A DNA stretch of 63,997 bases, the filler included, from Bonamia ostreae (taxonomy: Eukaryota): NCBI GenBank assembly GCA_040357525.1. It is 11 parts of 11 records of this genome, joined end to end, with 100 filler letters (N's around TTAATTAATTAA, not from the genome) between each part and the next. Parts side by side here need not be neighbours in the genome. Positions count along the whole stretch, not along the records: positions 23,650 to 29,429 come from JBDODL010000165.1; positions 29,530 to 35,308 come from JBDODL010000166.1; positions 35,409 to 41,178 come from JBDODL010000167.1; 8 more parts are not named here. One strand, given 5' to 3'. Below the pieces are notes generated by a model, which had not been told where the DNA came from, ran no database searches, and saw nothing but the letters and a program-made list of their open reading frames with translations. Position 1 is the stretch's first letter. Each line of letters opens with the position of its first letter. Positions 24,806-36,226 of this stretch are shown one piece after another. The translations under genes were made by a program, and so were the position numbers.

Positions 24806-25316
24806 TTCTTATTTTTTGTGTTTACACAATTTTGATTTACATTTCACTCAATTCGATATTTTTAACATTCGATCATTTCACTTTTGTCCACTGATTGTTC
24901 ACTTGCTTCTTCACTTTTGTCCACTAAAATATCAAGTACTAGATATTTAGCAAAAAGCCAACAATCTCATTGTTAAGACAGCTCATCGATTTTCTTATTA
25001 TATTGAAAAATTTAAACGATTTAATTATTATTAAATCGGTTTTGAGTTTTGACGTTTAGACATCAAAAACTGGTTTAGAAAATATTGTCGTTTTTAGAAC
25101 ATTCCCCACCGACATTCCAGTTTTTCAGTTATTTTTGATTATAAATCATTATCTTGCACCAAAATGTCTCTTCCGTGCGAAAATAATCCCGCGCGTGCAC
25201 ATCTTCGGTTAATAAATATAAACGGTGAGTTTCTGAATTTAAGTTTAAAACTGTAAACCCAAATCAAAACCAAAAAATATTCGGTTTGCAATATAGTATC
25301 CTAACTCCTTCTCGAA

Positions 25317-25683
25317 ATGGTTTTTTGTTTTGATGTCTTAGGAAGTTTGCACGATATTGAGCGTCTTGAGTGCTGGCAAAGCAAAATCACCGCCAGAACG
25401 AAGGAGGAAAAAAAGCCGGCAAATGTTCCATGTTATTGAAACAGGTGTCCAGAATTCTCCGAGCATTCCCGATGAGCACAGTGAAATGGTTTTCTTTCCG
25501 AAAGAGCGGCCGGTGTTCAGCACAGTTCCATCAAAGGATTTTTACGCTTTGGCGAGCGGTCTGGCCAAACAGAGCAAAGCGGTTGGAAAGTCTTCCGAAG
25601 TTCGGGCGAAAACGAACTTATTCAAGTTCAACAAAAACGCGAAGGAATTTATTCCGCGAGACCGCCGTTTCGCTAGCAAATAA
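25317..25683 (+). CDS. Small low-complexity protein with C-terminal PAM2 (PABP-interacting) motif
   Basis: ATG, then a 22-nt intron (25320-25341), then an ORF ending KFNKNAKEFIPR (PAM2 consensus LNPNAKEFVP). Confidence 0.6.
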
Positions 25684-25889
25684 TGTACTATTAAATTGCA
25701 TTGCCTTCTTCAAACATGTTCGTGTTCTGACCGCAAACTTATTATCTAAACATTGTAACAAACTTTTAAAAATTTCATGTTTTACTGAAAAATCGTTTTA
25801 TTTACTAAAATTGGGCCAATTTAAAATATCCGATTAAACCAAATTTAAAGTTTTTTAGCGGCACTTTTTATTAAAAAAATCCCGTTTTA

Positions 25890-28358
25890 ATGATAAAATC
25901 ACCGACATTAAATTCATCTTTTTCCAGCAACTATTTCAAGAGAAACCGACAGATTTTTCTTGAATTTAAAAATATCAATGTTTTGTTGTGCAATTTAATG
26001 TTTACAAAGGTATCTACTAGTAACAACAAAAGGAAGATTTTAAAAGATATTTCTGGGAAAGCTATTCCGGGACGTCTTTTAGCTATCATGGGAGAATGTT
26101 TTTGAATAAAATTTATAGCTGGGGCTGGCAAGTCCACGTTATTGAAGGTTTTGGCTAAAAGGACTAAAAGAAATTTAAAAATCGATGGTCGAATAAATAT
26201 TAATTGTGCAGAAAATTTGGACGCTAATACTCTCAGAAAGATTATTTCTTTTATTCCACAAGATGATTTGCTATTTAGTACATTGACTGTAAGGTAATCA
26301 TATAGCTATTTTAGTTGTGTTGTAACAAATATAAAAGTGTTCTCTGTTAGATTAATATTTTAATAAACAAAAAGAGAAACTTTGCAATTATCGGCGAGTT
26401 TAAACGAAAAATCGGGGGTGGACAATGAGGAAAGGGTTGTCGAAATAATAAATAAAATGGAATTGGAAAAATGTGCAGATTCTTTAGTCGGTGGACAAAT
26501 GATCAAAAGCATTTCTGGTGGCGAGAAAAAGAGAGTTTCTATTGGAAAAGGGTTGGTCAACAATCCACCTCTCTTGTTTTTAGATGGTTTTCATTTGTAA
26601 TTATTTAAAAAGATAAAAATTTAAATTTCCCATTTTTTGTAATAAAAAGAACCAACATCTGGATTAGATTGTCATATGGCAAGAAAAATAATCGAAATAC
26701 TAAAAAGATTTGCTGAAGACGGAAAAACAATAATTATAACGATACATCAACCGACATCAGAAATGTTCCGAATGTTCGATGATCTGTTGCTCCTATCAAA
26801 CAAAAGACTGCTTTATCACGGAGAAGCCATAAAAGCAATTTTATTTTTTAAAGAAATTGGCAAAAATGTCCCTGATTATCATAATCCCGGTTCGTATTGA
26901 TTTAATTATTTTTTTATGTGCTCATTTTTTACTAATTGTAAAAATTAAAAGCTGATTATTATGTGAAAATAGCAGTTAATTTGAGAAAAAGAGAGTCGAA
27001 AAAATTTGCCTGTAAATTTGGTCATATTCGTAAAAAATATTTGTGTCCAGATCATATTAGCAAGTTAAAAATAGTGGAAATATCTTTGGAAAGAAAAAAT
27101 ATTTTTATTCAAACTTGGATTTTGACGTATAAAAGAACCTTTACTAATTATATAAGAAATCCATCGACTTTGAAATTGCGAGCAATTTCATTCAGTTTTT
27201 TAAATTTTGTCTTATCTTTCTGTCCCATTTTTGTATTATAATTTAAAATAGTTCTATTTTCGCTACTTTGCGGATTGCTGTTTCTGAGAATAGGTAGTTC
27301 GCCGAGTGAATTGGCTGCACGTCGAAATGTGCTTTTCTTTCTCATGTTCAACATTACTTTCAATACGATGTTCAGTGTCATTTTAAATTGTTTACATTTT
27401 TATTTTAAAGTTGCAAGTGAACGCAAAATTGTTAAAAACGAAGTTAAGAATGGCGATTACTCTCCACTCGCTTTTATCTTTTCGAAAATTATCGTTGAAG
27501 TTCCTTTGCAGGTTTGATGTTTATGTCTAAGTTTAAATTGAGGCGAATTTTAAATAAAAGCTGAAAGTGATGTCTATATTTGAAAAAATTTAAAAATTAA
27601 GATTATTTTCGTGCTGATCTACACAACAATATGTTATCCAATGGTTGGTTTGGGCCCAACAGCAAAACAGTTTTTCTGGTGTTTAGGAATACTTTGTTTT
27701 TGCGCTGAAATGTCCTACGCCATTTCGCTACTCTTTTCAATTATTTTTTCTACTGTTCAGGCTAGTATGTGCTCGGGACTTCTCTTTTTTATGTTTTATT
27801 GTTACACAAACATTAATTTGTTTGCATTACTACATATGCAAACAAATTGACAGTTTTTATTGTATTTTCGTGAACTTTTTTATTGTTACATTTACATATT
27901 TAAGACCATCTGTTTTGTTTTCCGGTTTCTTTGTAAATCCACATTATCTGCCTCCTTGGATTAAATGGCTTTCATACACAAATTATCTCAGATATGCGAC
28001 AGATCTTTTAACGATTAATGAATTTTTCAACGTTTATTTTTTGACCATTGACGAATATTATTTTTCAACAATCGCCATTTTTTTTTAAATGTTTTAAGCG
28101 ATTTTTGTAAATATCGAACATCTTAAAACTTGCGATTTCCATAACTTATCAACATCTTAAATCTTATTAACGCCATTTAATATTTTTGAATTATATTTTG
28201 CGAAAGAAAAATTTTCAAATTAAAAGTTCCGTGAAGTTTTGGAAAAGTACCGATTAACAGGAATATCTTTAATTACTTGGACACTGATACCAGTTACACA
28301 AATCTTTGTTGTTTTTGTACTTATACTCTTCGCAATGTTAACGATAACAATAAATTGA
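25890..28358 (+). CDS. ABCG (White-family) half transporter
   Basis: GE|SGAGKST, FIPQDD, ISGGEKKRV, FLD|EPTSGLD and TIHQP, followed by a TM domain (SGFFVNP..LPPWIKWLSY). Many GT-AG introns. Confidence 0.95.
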
Positions 28359-28360
28359 AT

Positions 28361-28957
28361 TTATTGGTAATATGGCAAAATCTCAGCCACTGTAGCAACA
28401 ACAACTCCGTTTCCCTCCATTATTGTAGCTCTCCCAAACAAATCCGTTTTAAACAGCGAATCCTTTTTCGGCAGTTTGATATAAATTCTTTCTCTGTAGC
28501 CATATTTGAATCCGTGATCCTTTAAAATTGTTCCGAAGGGGGCCGTTTCTCCGACGACTTGATGTCTAACATTTTCCGAACCAAGATTGTTGAGCAAAAT
28601 CTTAATGAAGCCCAGCGCGAGGCATTCTTTGCCGTTATTCAATTTGACCGATCTTTTTAAAATGTCATTTTCTTCCGTTTTTTTAATTTTTTCGATATTG
28701 ATTTTGCTGTTGTAGAATAGAGATAGCGTCGAGGTCATGTAATCTTTGTTCACCAAAAGTTTAGATAGCTCTGTCGGAATCTCTTCTTTGCTGATAATCT
28801 GCACGGGTTCTATTGATTTATTTATCTCCGACGCACCATTTTCCAAAAAAGATTCCATGTTTTTGAAAAAATCGGAATTCCAAATAAGATCGGCCGTTTG
28901 TACTAGATTTGGATCTTCCAAAGACGGTAGATTTATATTTTCCTTCGCATAGCTCAT
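28361..28957 (-). CDS. Chorismate-lyase (UbiC/UTRA)-fold protein, bacterial-like, intronless
   Basis: LLVNKDYMTSTL...LKRSVKL...ETAPFGTILKDHG...LFGR...VAEILP resembles UbiC/DUF98-type proteins. Confidence 0.55.
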   Translation of the reverse strand: MSYAKENINLPSLEDPNLVQTADLIWNSDFFKNMESFLENGASEINKSIEPVQIISKEEIPTELSKLLVNKDYMTSTLSLFYNSKINIEKIKKTEENDILKRSVKLNNGKECLALGFIKILLNNLGSENVRHQVVGETAPFGTILKDHGFKYGYRERIYIKLPKKDSLFKTDLFGRATIMEGNGVVVATVAEILPYYQ

Positions 28958-29529
28958 TTTTATTTAGACTGTTTAAACACTACGGGATGACAAACCAGTT
29001 TCAATTCTGAAAATGGATTTTCTGTCCCAACGTTTGGAAGAGAGGTTCATCAGTTTTACATTGAAAAATTGAAAAATAATTTTTTCAATTTGGATTAGTG
29101 TTGTTACAAAAATGAATAAAATTTTATTACAAAATTTCCCAATTCAAAAATTGATTCAAATGCTAATCCTGATTTAAAAGTTCTTCAAATCCAGACAAAT
29201 TCCCTCCAAAAAAGAAAATTTGCTTTTATAATCAAAAAATCTTAGATAGAAGAACTTTAAATCAACACATTCATGGAGGTTTCCTCTTTGATAAATAAAT
29301 ATTATAAATTAATATATTGTAAAACATCATATAACAAATTAGTCAAAATCCCACTAAATAAATTTATTAATTTTGAATTATTTATATATGAGTAATGTTT
29401 TATAAGTGGACTGCTGCCTTCGGGTGGCGNNNNNNNNNNNNNNNNNNNNNNNNNNNNNNNNNNNNNNNNNNNNTTAATTAATTAANNNNNNNNNNNNNNN
29501 NNNNNNNNNNNNNNNNNNNNNNNNNNNNN

Positions 29530-30848
29530 GTATTTTGAAAATTTTTGTTAGTTTAAAATTTTCAAAATTTGGCCATTTTTGTTTTTAGTGATAAAAAGGA
29601 TTAAATTTTTCTCGAAAAATTTTCCAAAACCTTGTCGTGTAAGCGGATTCTGGTCGTGCCATGTGAATCCGTCCCCTCGAGATGATCTCCTATTTTTAGT
29701 GTTTCTTTTGACGGCGTAAGTTTCGACCATTCTCCCCCTTTTTGTTATTTGACAAAACGAGATCCATTGAATCTCTGGTTGCTCGGCTTCGGCGTTGGTG
29801 TCTCCGCAGAGAATGTTCGGTTGGTTCGCCGGAATGGCTTTCTTAAATAACTCTTTAATCTGCTTCATCCGCAACTTGTTTCTCGTCCCCGTATTCAAGT
29901 GAATGTTCGTCACGCCCAGACGGATCTGGTCGACTATCACGTCGACCGACAGATATCCTTTCACAATGAAAAATCTTTCCACGAAGCCAAATAGCTTCCA
30001 AACACTCTTCGCCGCTTGGTTGCTGAACACTTCGGCATATGCGCTGCCCTCCACATATCGAACATTGACTCCGTCTCTGTTTTTGCCGTTCCGCACCAGA
30101 ATCATCAGGCCGAGAATGTCGCCGCTGATGAATCCGTGTTGCGGCAGTTTGCAGCATCTCCAGATCCACGCCAAAAACGATCCGCCGAAAACGGAGATGA
30201 TGACAGAGAGGAAAATGACGACGTTGAATAACAAAAGTGTTAGCAGAGTTGGCTTGAACCGGCCGTTTAAGAAATAGACCAGAACCAACGCGATGCAAAT
30301 CGATATTGCCAACAACGGCAGCAGCATTTCTTTAGAATTGTTGTAATTTAAAATTTTTGAACATGTTAGTTAAAATATTTAAAATCTTTTGTTAATTTGT
30401 TAAAGAACCGCAGACTCTTTGGCAAAAGCCACCTCGTCCTAGCAAAAGAGTCGGGTGTTCTTCGCTGTTAAAATTTGAATTGCAGGTTATGATGTCATAT
30501 TGTTTGGCCATGAACTCTTTATACAAGTCAATCACTTTTCGGTCCCAGGCCTTGATTGAACGAATTGCAAAATTAACGAATTGCAACATTTTAGACTACA
30601 ACAAGTCTGTTGTAAATAAAATTTTGAACTGATTTTTTGCGGAAATAAAGAACAATTAAATTTTTTTTTACCGTTTTAATAACAAAAATAGTAAATAAAG
30701 AACAATTAAAAATTCAAACTTCTTGCAAACAGATTACATCGCAGTCCAATTTTATTATTTCTTGAATTTGGGAAATAATTCGATTTTCGTCAGCTTTTAT
30801 TTTACCGGTGAAAATGTTGTAGGTCAACGCCCTGATTTGTTTGGGCAT
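29530..30848 (-). CDS. Endonuclease/exonuclease/phosphatase (sphingomyelinase-like) family protein with an internal TM hairpin; 3' truncated
   Basis: RALTYNIF...DVICLQE at the N-terminus, then NIHLN, ILCGDTN and GFTWHDQNP; two hydrophobic helices at ~30150-30327. Confidence 0.8.
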
Positions 30849-30973
30849 TATTATTAAATACGTTATATTATTTTGTTTGATATCGGGTAAAAAAAAAGAG
30901 GTTTATTTTGTTGTTTTTTATAAAATTTGTCTAAGCAAAAATAATGTCAAATATTTGAAAATTTATTGGCCAT

Positions 30974-32249
30974 TTAATTTACATTTCGTTTTGCAATTTC
31001 AAGAACAACTTCTACGTCTAAGTGAAAATCTGAAATTTCAGGTTTGTAGAGAATCGTCAGTTCTTCGAACAGTTCGAAGTTTTGTTCTTCAAACGATTTT
31101 ATCGCTTTTGCAAAAATATAAGTAAAAACCTAAAAAACAAAAGTTTATCAACGGATTATCAACCAGTTTGTTCAAACTGATCAACATTTTAATTAAAAAT
31201 TTTGAAGATTCGTTTATTTTATTTTTCGCTAAATAACTTTTTTTTATTAAATAATTTTTCGAAAAAACAAAAATTTCGAAAGACAAAAATTTGTTGACAA
31301 AACAGTAAATATCGAAAAAACAAAAANNNNNNNNNNNNNNNNNNNNNNNNNNNNNNNNNNNNNNNNNNNNNNNNNNNNNNNNNNNNNNNNNNNNNNNNNN
31401 NNNNNNNNNNNNNNNNNNNNNNNNNNTTTCGAAAGACAAAAATTTGGTGACAAAACAGTAAATATCGAAAAAACAAAAATTTCGAAAGACAAAAATTTGG
31501 TGACAAAACAGTAAATATCGAAAAAACAAAAATTCTGTGACAAAAATTTCGAGAAACAAAAATTTGGTGACAAAACAGTAAATATCGAAAAAACAAAAAT
31601 TTGGTGACAAAACAGTAAATAAATATAGAAATTTTTTTGTAAAAACTCAAGCACTATTTTTGTAACAAGAACATCAACTTCATCAACAGAACACAGAGAC
31701 CACATAACAACCATTTTGGCGTGTTCTGAAATGTCACCACTTTCCAAAAAATGTCTGTGCGCGTTGTTGTAATCTCGCACTTGGAAACAATAAAATTTGG
31801 CAATCGTCGAATGCATTTTAGTTATTAAAGTTAACGGAAATCGTTTTTGCTCCATCAATTTTAAAGCTTTTTCCAGATAAAAAGCTTTTTGGAATGGTTG
31901 CAAAAAGTCGGAATACAAAGCGGCTATTTTGCAAAGAATATCAAAATCGTCTAAAATTTTTGATGTTTCATTTTGCTCGGATTTCGAGTAAGCTTCAATA
32001 TATAAAAGAGCGATTTCATCGGCCAAATTTGGCTGTTTTTGATTTGTAATTTAAAACATGGTTGGAATTGAAGAGGATGGAAACAAAATTATTCATAAAA
32101 TTTAGTAGCTCGGCTAAATTTGATATTTTAGAAAAGCTAATTTTAAGCGATTTTAACAAAGTGGCCGTTTCGTAATATTTCTCGTCGGCCAAATATTGTC
32201 TTGCTAATTTGAGTTTTTTGACGAATCTTTTATTAGTTATTTTAGACAT
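30974..32249 (-). CDS. GET4: GET4 (Golgi-to-ER traffic protein 4)
   Basis: KYYETATLLKSL, AHRHFLES, DVLVTKIVLEFL, PLINFC and LFEELTILYKP; the 3' end is approximate. Confidence 0.75.
31261..31620. repeat. Intronic tandem repeat (~53-bp unit) spanning a scaffold gap
   Basis: Repeated GAAAAAACAAAAATTTCGAAAGACAAAAATTTGGTGACAAAACAGTAAATATC. Confidence 0.9.
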
Positions 32250-32746
32250 GACGCGCTTTGGATAAATTTTAGACAAATCTTAAATTTTCCGATTTAACAT
32301 TTTGTCGTTTTAGAAGTTAGACCGTTTTTCTAGATTTTTGGATTCAATTTTGTGCTCAAAATCGAATTTATATGTGCGTTCTTTATTTATTTTGGATCAG
32401 GAAATTAACGAGGCGTTCTTTATTTAGAACGAATTTAAATATTTCCGGGTTAAAACGAACGATATGTGCGCAATTACAAAATCAAATCCATCTCAATAAA
32501 ATTAAATCTACAAATTACAATTCTTAAAATTAAGTCAAATAAATTCGCAAAAGTTAACGCGCGAAATATTAATCAAAAAGTCTTTGTAGATTTAAATTTG
32601 CTAAAAATGCAAAAATAAATCTTATTTGTTTACAGAGGATGGCTATCAGAGAGGATGGATTCCACCTGGTATACAAAACGAAAAATCAACTAATTTGTAA
32701 AAACAAATTTTAATGAAAAATATCGCGAAAGAAAAATTTTACGAAT

Positions 32747-33274
32747 TTAATTTTCTATGCAATCTTCGGCAATTTGACTTAAGATGGTCTCAAATGACAA
32801 ATTGCTCTCAATTTTGTAATTTGACATTTTCGCCAAATCTTCTTCAATTTCGCGATTTTTATCTGGTTTTATTTTAAGCTCTGTAAAGTTTTCCGGTGAA
32901 TCCAATTTGTCAATTTTTTCTTTAGCAATTGTTATTTTTTCTACAATGGTTTCAAAAATGTCTTTAACAATTTTGTCTTTTCCAGCTTTTTCTAAAGGAT
33001 AGACAAATTCCACGTCAGAAAAGTCAGATTTGGAGCTTTCATTTTCATATCGGCTTTTCTTTACATTGGCAATTTTTATTTTTTCTTTGGAAGTTTTTGG
33101 TTTTTTGGTTTGCTGCAAATTTTTAAAATTTTTCTTATTCGTTATATCCGACAGTCCTCGCCGTTTCCTCACTTCTTTGTTTTCCTTCAAGTTTTTTATT
33201 TGTTTTAAATTCTCCGTTTCCTCAAGTTTTAAATTCTCTGTTGATTTAAACTTTTTCCGCATTTTTGGTTCCAT
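32747..33274 (-). CDS. Disordered APC/C-substrate-like protein, candidate securin
   Basis: KEN box (LKENKE), D-box (RRGLSDITN) and DVEFVYP; basic N-terminal half, acidic C-terminal half; 175 aa. Confidence 0.45.
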   Translation of the reverse strand: MEPKMRKKFKSTENLKLEETENLKQIKNLKENKEVRKRRGLSDITNKKNFKNLQQTKKPKTSKEKIKIANVKKSRYENESSKSDFSDVEFVYPLEKAGKDKIVKDIFETIVEKITIAKEKIDKLDSPENFTELKIKPDKNREIEEDLAKMSNYKIESNLSFETILSQIAEDCIEN

Positions 33275-33332
33275 TTAAGCTTTAATACAAAAATATATCA
33301 GTTTTAGTTATTAATCTCAAATAAAAAATTTG

Positions 33333-33915
33333 ATGGCAGAAAAATTTAACAGCAAACAAGAAAAAAATTTCATCAAATCTCTTTTTAGCTCAAATTATGA
33401 TTATCTCGATAAAAGACATGTGACAAAACCCGAAACCAGCTTTTCGGACAAATTACTGAAAACAAAATCTATTTTCAACAACATTAAAGAAGGAGAGCCC
33501 ATCCCTCCTTTGGTAAAGCAGAAAAACAAAAAGAAAATCGGAGATTCCGGCAAAGACTGGTTCAATATGAAATCCCACAAAATGACCGAAGAAGCTAAAA
33601 ACGAATTCAGGTCCTCATTGCTATCTAAATTAAAGAATACTTCGACTTCGCAACTACATCGAACCCGGTCGTTTCTATAAAAGAGCGCCGAAGAAATTGG
33701 AACTGCCCGATTTCTTCCAAATCGGAAGCGACAAAATTCACGCTTCACAGCACTTTTCGAACAGGAACAACGCGAAAAAGAACTTTGGAGAAAAAATTCG
33801 AGAAGACGACGAAACCAAAAAAAGCATTCGAGAGAGGTCCAAAGCAATCAGAGACAAATTGAAGAAAAAGAAGTTTTACAAAAAGAAGAACTTTAAAAAG
33901 AAGAAAAAATTTTGA
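33333..33915 (+). CDS. FCF2: rRNA-processing protein Fcf2
   Basis: DSGKDWFNMK...EF|ILRLRNYIEPGRFYK...LPDFFQIG. Confidence 0.85.
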
Positions 33916-33917
33916 GT

Positions 33918-34531
33918 TTAACCAAAAATGTTTGAAAAAATGTTTTCGATTGTTTCAGACGATTTTTCAGTGCTCTTTTTAATCTTCGACCGCTCCCTTT
34001 TCCGCTTTTTGAGTTCCAAGTTTTTCGCTTTTGACTTTTTTCCGTCGAGTTCCTTTAGAATGTTTTGCATTTTCGGTTTAAAGCTTTCGGACAAAAAATA
34101 TATGCGCGAGCAAATGGCGAGACTGGTAATCGCCACAGGAAGAAAAAACGTTCTTTCAATCAAACTTATCAAATTGATCGTCGCATTTTTAACTGAAACC
34201 GAGAGCTTTTATTTTTATATTAGAATCATTTTATATATTACTTTAAAAATGGTCGCTTCTGTTACATTCCACATTTTTCGAATTTTCTCCAGTTCATCGA
34301 CGCTCTCACATTTACAAATAGTCATCAAAATCTCATAAACCAGACATTTTGTTTGTAAGCTCAGTTTTAAAACCTGAAATGCTAAATTTAAACATGCTGC
34401 AATTTTCTATAATAAATTGCTCGTCGATGTTGATTTTTAGTTTTGTACAACAGCCTCTTAAGAATTGCAGCTTCCAATGAGAAAAAGTCTGCACCAGTCT
34501 TCATTCCGGCTATTTTTGTTGTTAAACCCAT
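33918..34531 (-). CDS. RMP1/NEPRO (DUF4477)-like RNase MRP-associated protein
   Basis: EAAILKRLLYKTKNQHRRAIYYRKLQH...TFFLPVAITSLAICSRI; spliced, start approximate. Confidence 0.65.
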
Positions 34532-34655
34532 GTCATATAATGTTCTTATTTAGACAACCACCTTTTGATTCATCAAGTGCAAATTAAATATATAAACAAT
34601 TCATATAAAACGTTATTATATTTAAAGCTTTAAGCTTACAAGAAAAAAAATCAAA

Positions 34656-35157
34656 ATGCAACCAAATCGTATTTTCGTCGACAAAAAGAAAGATGAGAAG
34701 ATCGAACACAATATCACAGATATTAAGAAATCTGTTTTCGTGGGCCAATGCGAAGGCTCTCAACTCGACTTCACTGGAAAATTCAATTCTCTCAGTGCTG
34801 GTTCCATCGATTTAATTTGCAATTTAAACGTTTTGGTCTAAAATGACGTCAAAAGACAAATGCGAAAACGTGAAAATTACAGTCGAATCTTTGATAAGTT
34901 CGCTGGAACTGATGAACTCGAAAAATGTCAAAGTTGGTGTCACGGACAGCGTGAAGCACTTCCAGGTAGACAAATGCTCCGATGTGACATTGAACGTTAA
35001 AAATCACGAAGGCGTTATGATTACGCACACCGGCTGCAAAAACTTTAATTTGGAGATGAACGGGAAGTCGCTCAAACTTCCTTCGTCGTTTGTTTCCACG
35101 TTTTCAAAAGGAAAATTTGATCACGTTATTGCCACTAACGACAAATGTTGTGCATGA
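34656..35157 (+). CDS. Stand-alone cyclase-associated protein C-terminal (C-CAP/CARP) domain protein
   Basis: SVFVGQCEGS...GKFNSLSA|DKCENVKITVESLISSLELMNS...FQVDKCSDV beta-helix pattern; one intron. Confidence 0.8.
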
Positions 35158-35408
35158 GAGAATAAATGTAATCTTGACATCCACAAATTTTGTTTTGACA
35201 TGCGATAATAAATTTCTTTTGACATCCGATAAATGTACCTCATTTCAATAATCTTTCACTATTTTCGCCATAAAAATTTTCCCAAATCAAAAATAAAAAA
35301 TTGAGGCCNNNNNNNNNNNNNNNNNNNNNNNNNNNNNNNNNNNNNNNNNNNNTTAATTAATTAANNNNNNNNNNNNNNNNNNNNNNNNNNNNNNNNNNNN
35401 NNNNNNNN

Positions 35409-36120
35409 TGTCTGAAAATTTTATAACGAAATCTGGTATAATTGGGCTTAATGCGGAAAAAGGATGTCCCGCGCTACAAGAAAAGGATCGAGAAGAGCGA
35501 AAAACAGACCAAGATGAACCTGGAACGAACAGACGCGCTCAAAAAATCGATCGACCCCAACACAAAAACGGCTTTGAACTATGTCGAACCATTCGACAAA
35601 ACCGAAACAGACGAGTTCTGGCGATTGTATGTCTACAAAAATGAGGAAAAACTCAGTTTTCGTGTTCCTAAAATCTTTAGACGTTTTGCATCTGCACAGA
35701 AAGACCATGTTCGTTTTCGGCCGCGACAAGCGCGTCGCGGATGTCGTATTGGAAAATCCTTCCTGTTCGGCGCAACATGCCATTTTGCAATATCGCAACA
35801 AAACCGTTTCGGAGAATGAAGAAGAGTTTGCTGCGAAGCCGACGTTTAAATTTTTTGTGAGAACTGAACTGTCGCCATTTTGTAAAATTTTTGTAAAACC
35901 TAAATTTTTGTAAGAACTGAACTGTCGCCATTTTGTAAAATTTTTAGTAAAGTATGAAAAAACTAAAAGACCTTATTTGATTGATCTTGGTTCAACAAAT
36001 GGAACAAAACTTAATGGTCAAAAATTGGAAGAAAAGAGATATTATGAATTGTATGAATCTGATGTCTTGGAATTCGGTTTGAGTCAAAGAAAGTATGTTT
36101 TTCTACAAGCCTCAAAATAA
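35409..36120 (+). CDS. SNIP1: FHA-domain splicing factor SNIP1/Pml1, 5' truncated
   Basis: LNYVEP...WRLYVYK...FVFGRDKRVADVVLENPSCSAQHAILQYR...PYLIDLGSTNGTKLNG...RYYEL.ESDVLEFGLS. Confidence 0.9.
35861..35945. repeat. Intronic duplication (2 copies)
   Basis: GAACTGAACTGTCGCCATTTTGTAAAATTTTT occurs twice. Confidence 0.85.
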
Positions 36121-36226
36121 ATTTTTCTTAATTTTTCAAATTTTCATAAAATCAGATTTTCTTAATTTTCCGTTTTCCAAAGTTTATTTCAGAAAACGAC
36201 TAAAAACTAATCAAAAAATCAAAAAT

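Noticed and set aside
31089-31650. Repetitive Phe/Cys-rich ORFs
   Set aside because: Translations of an intronic tandem repeat running through an N gap.
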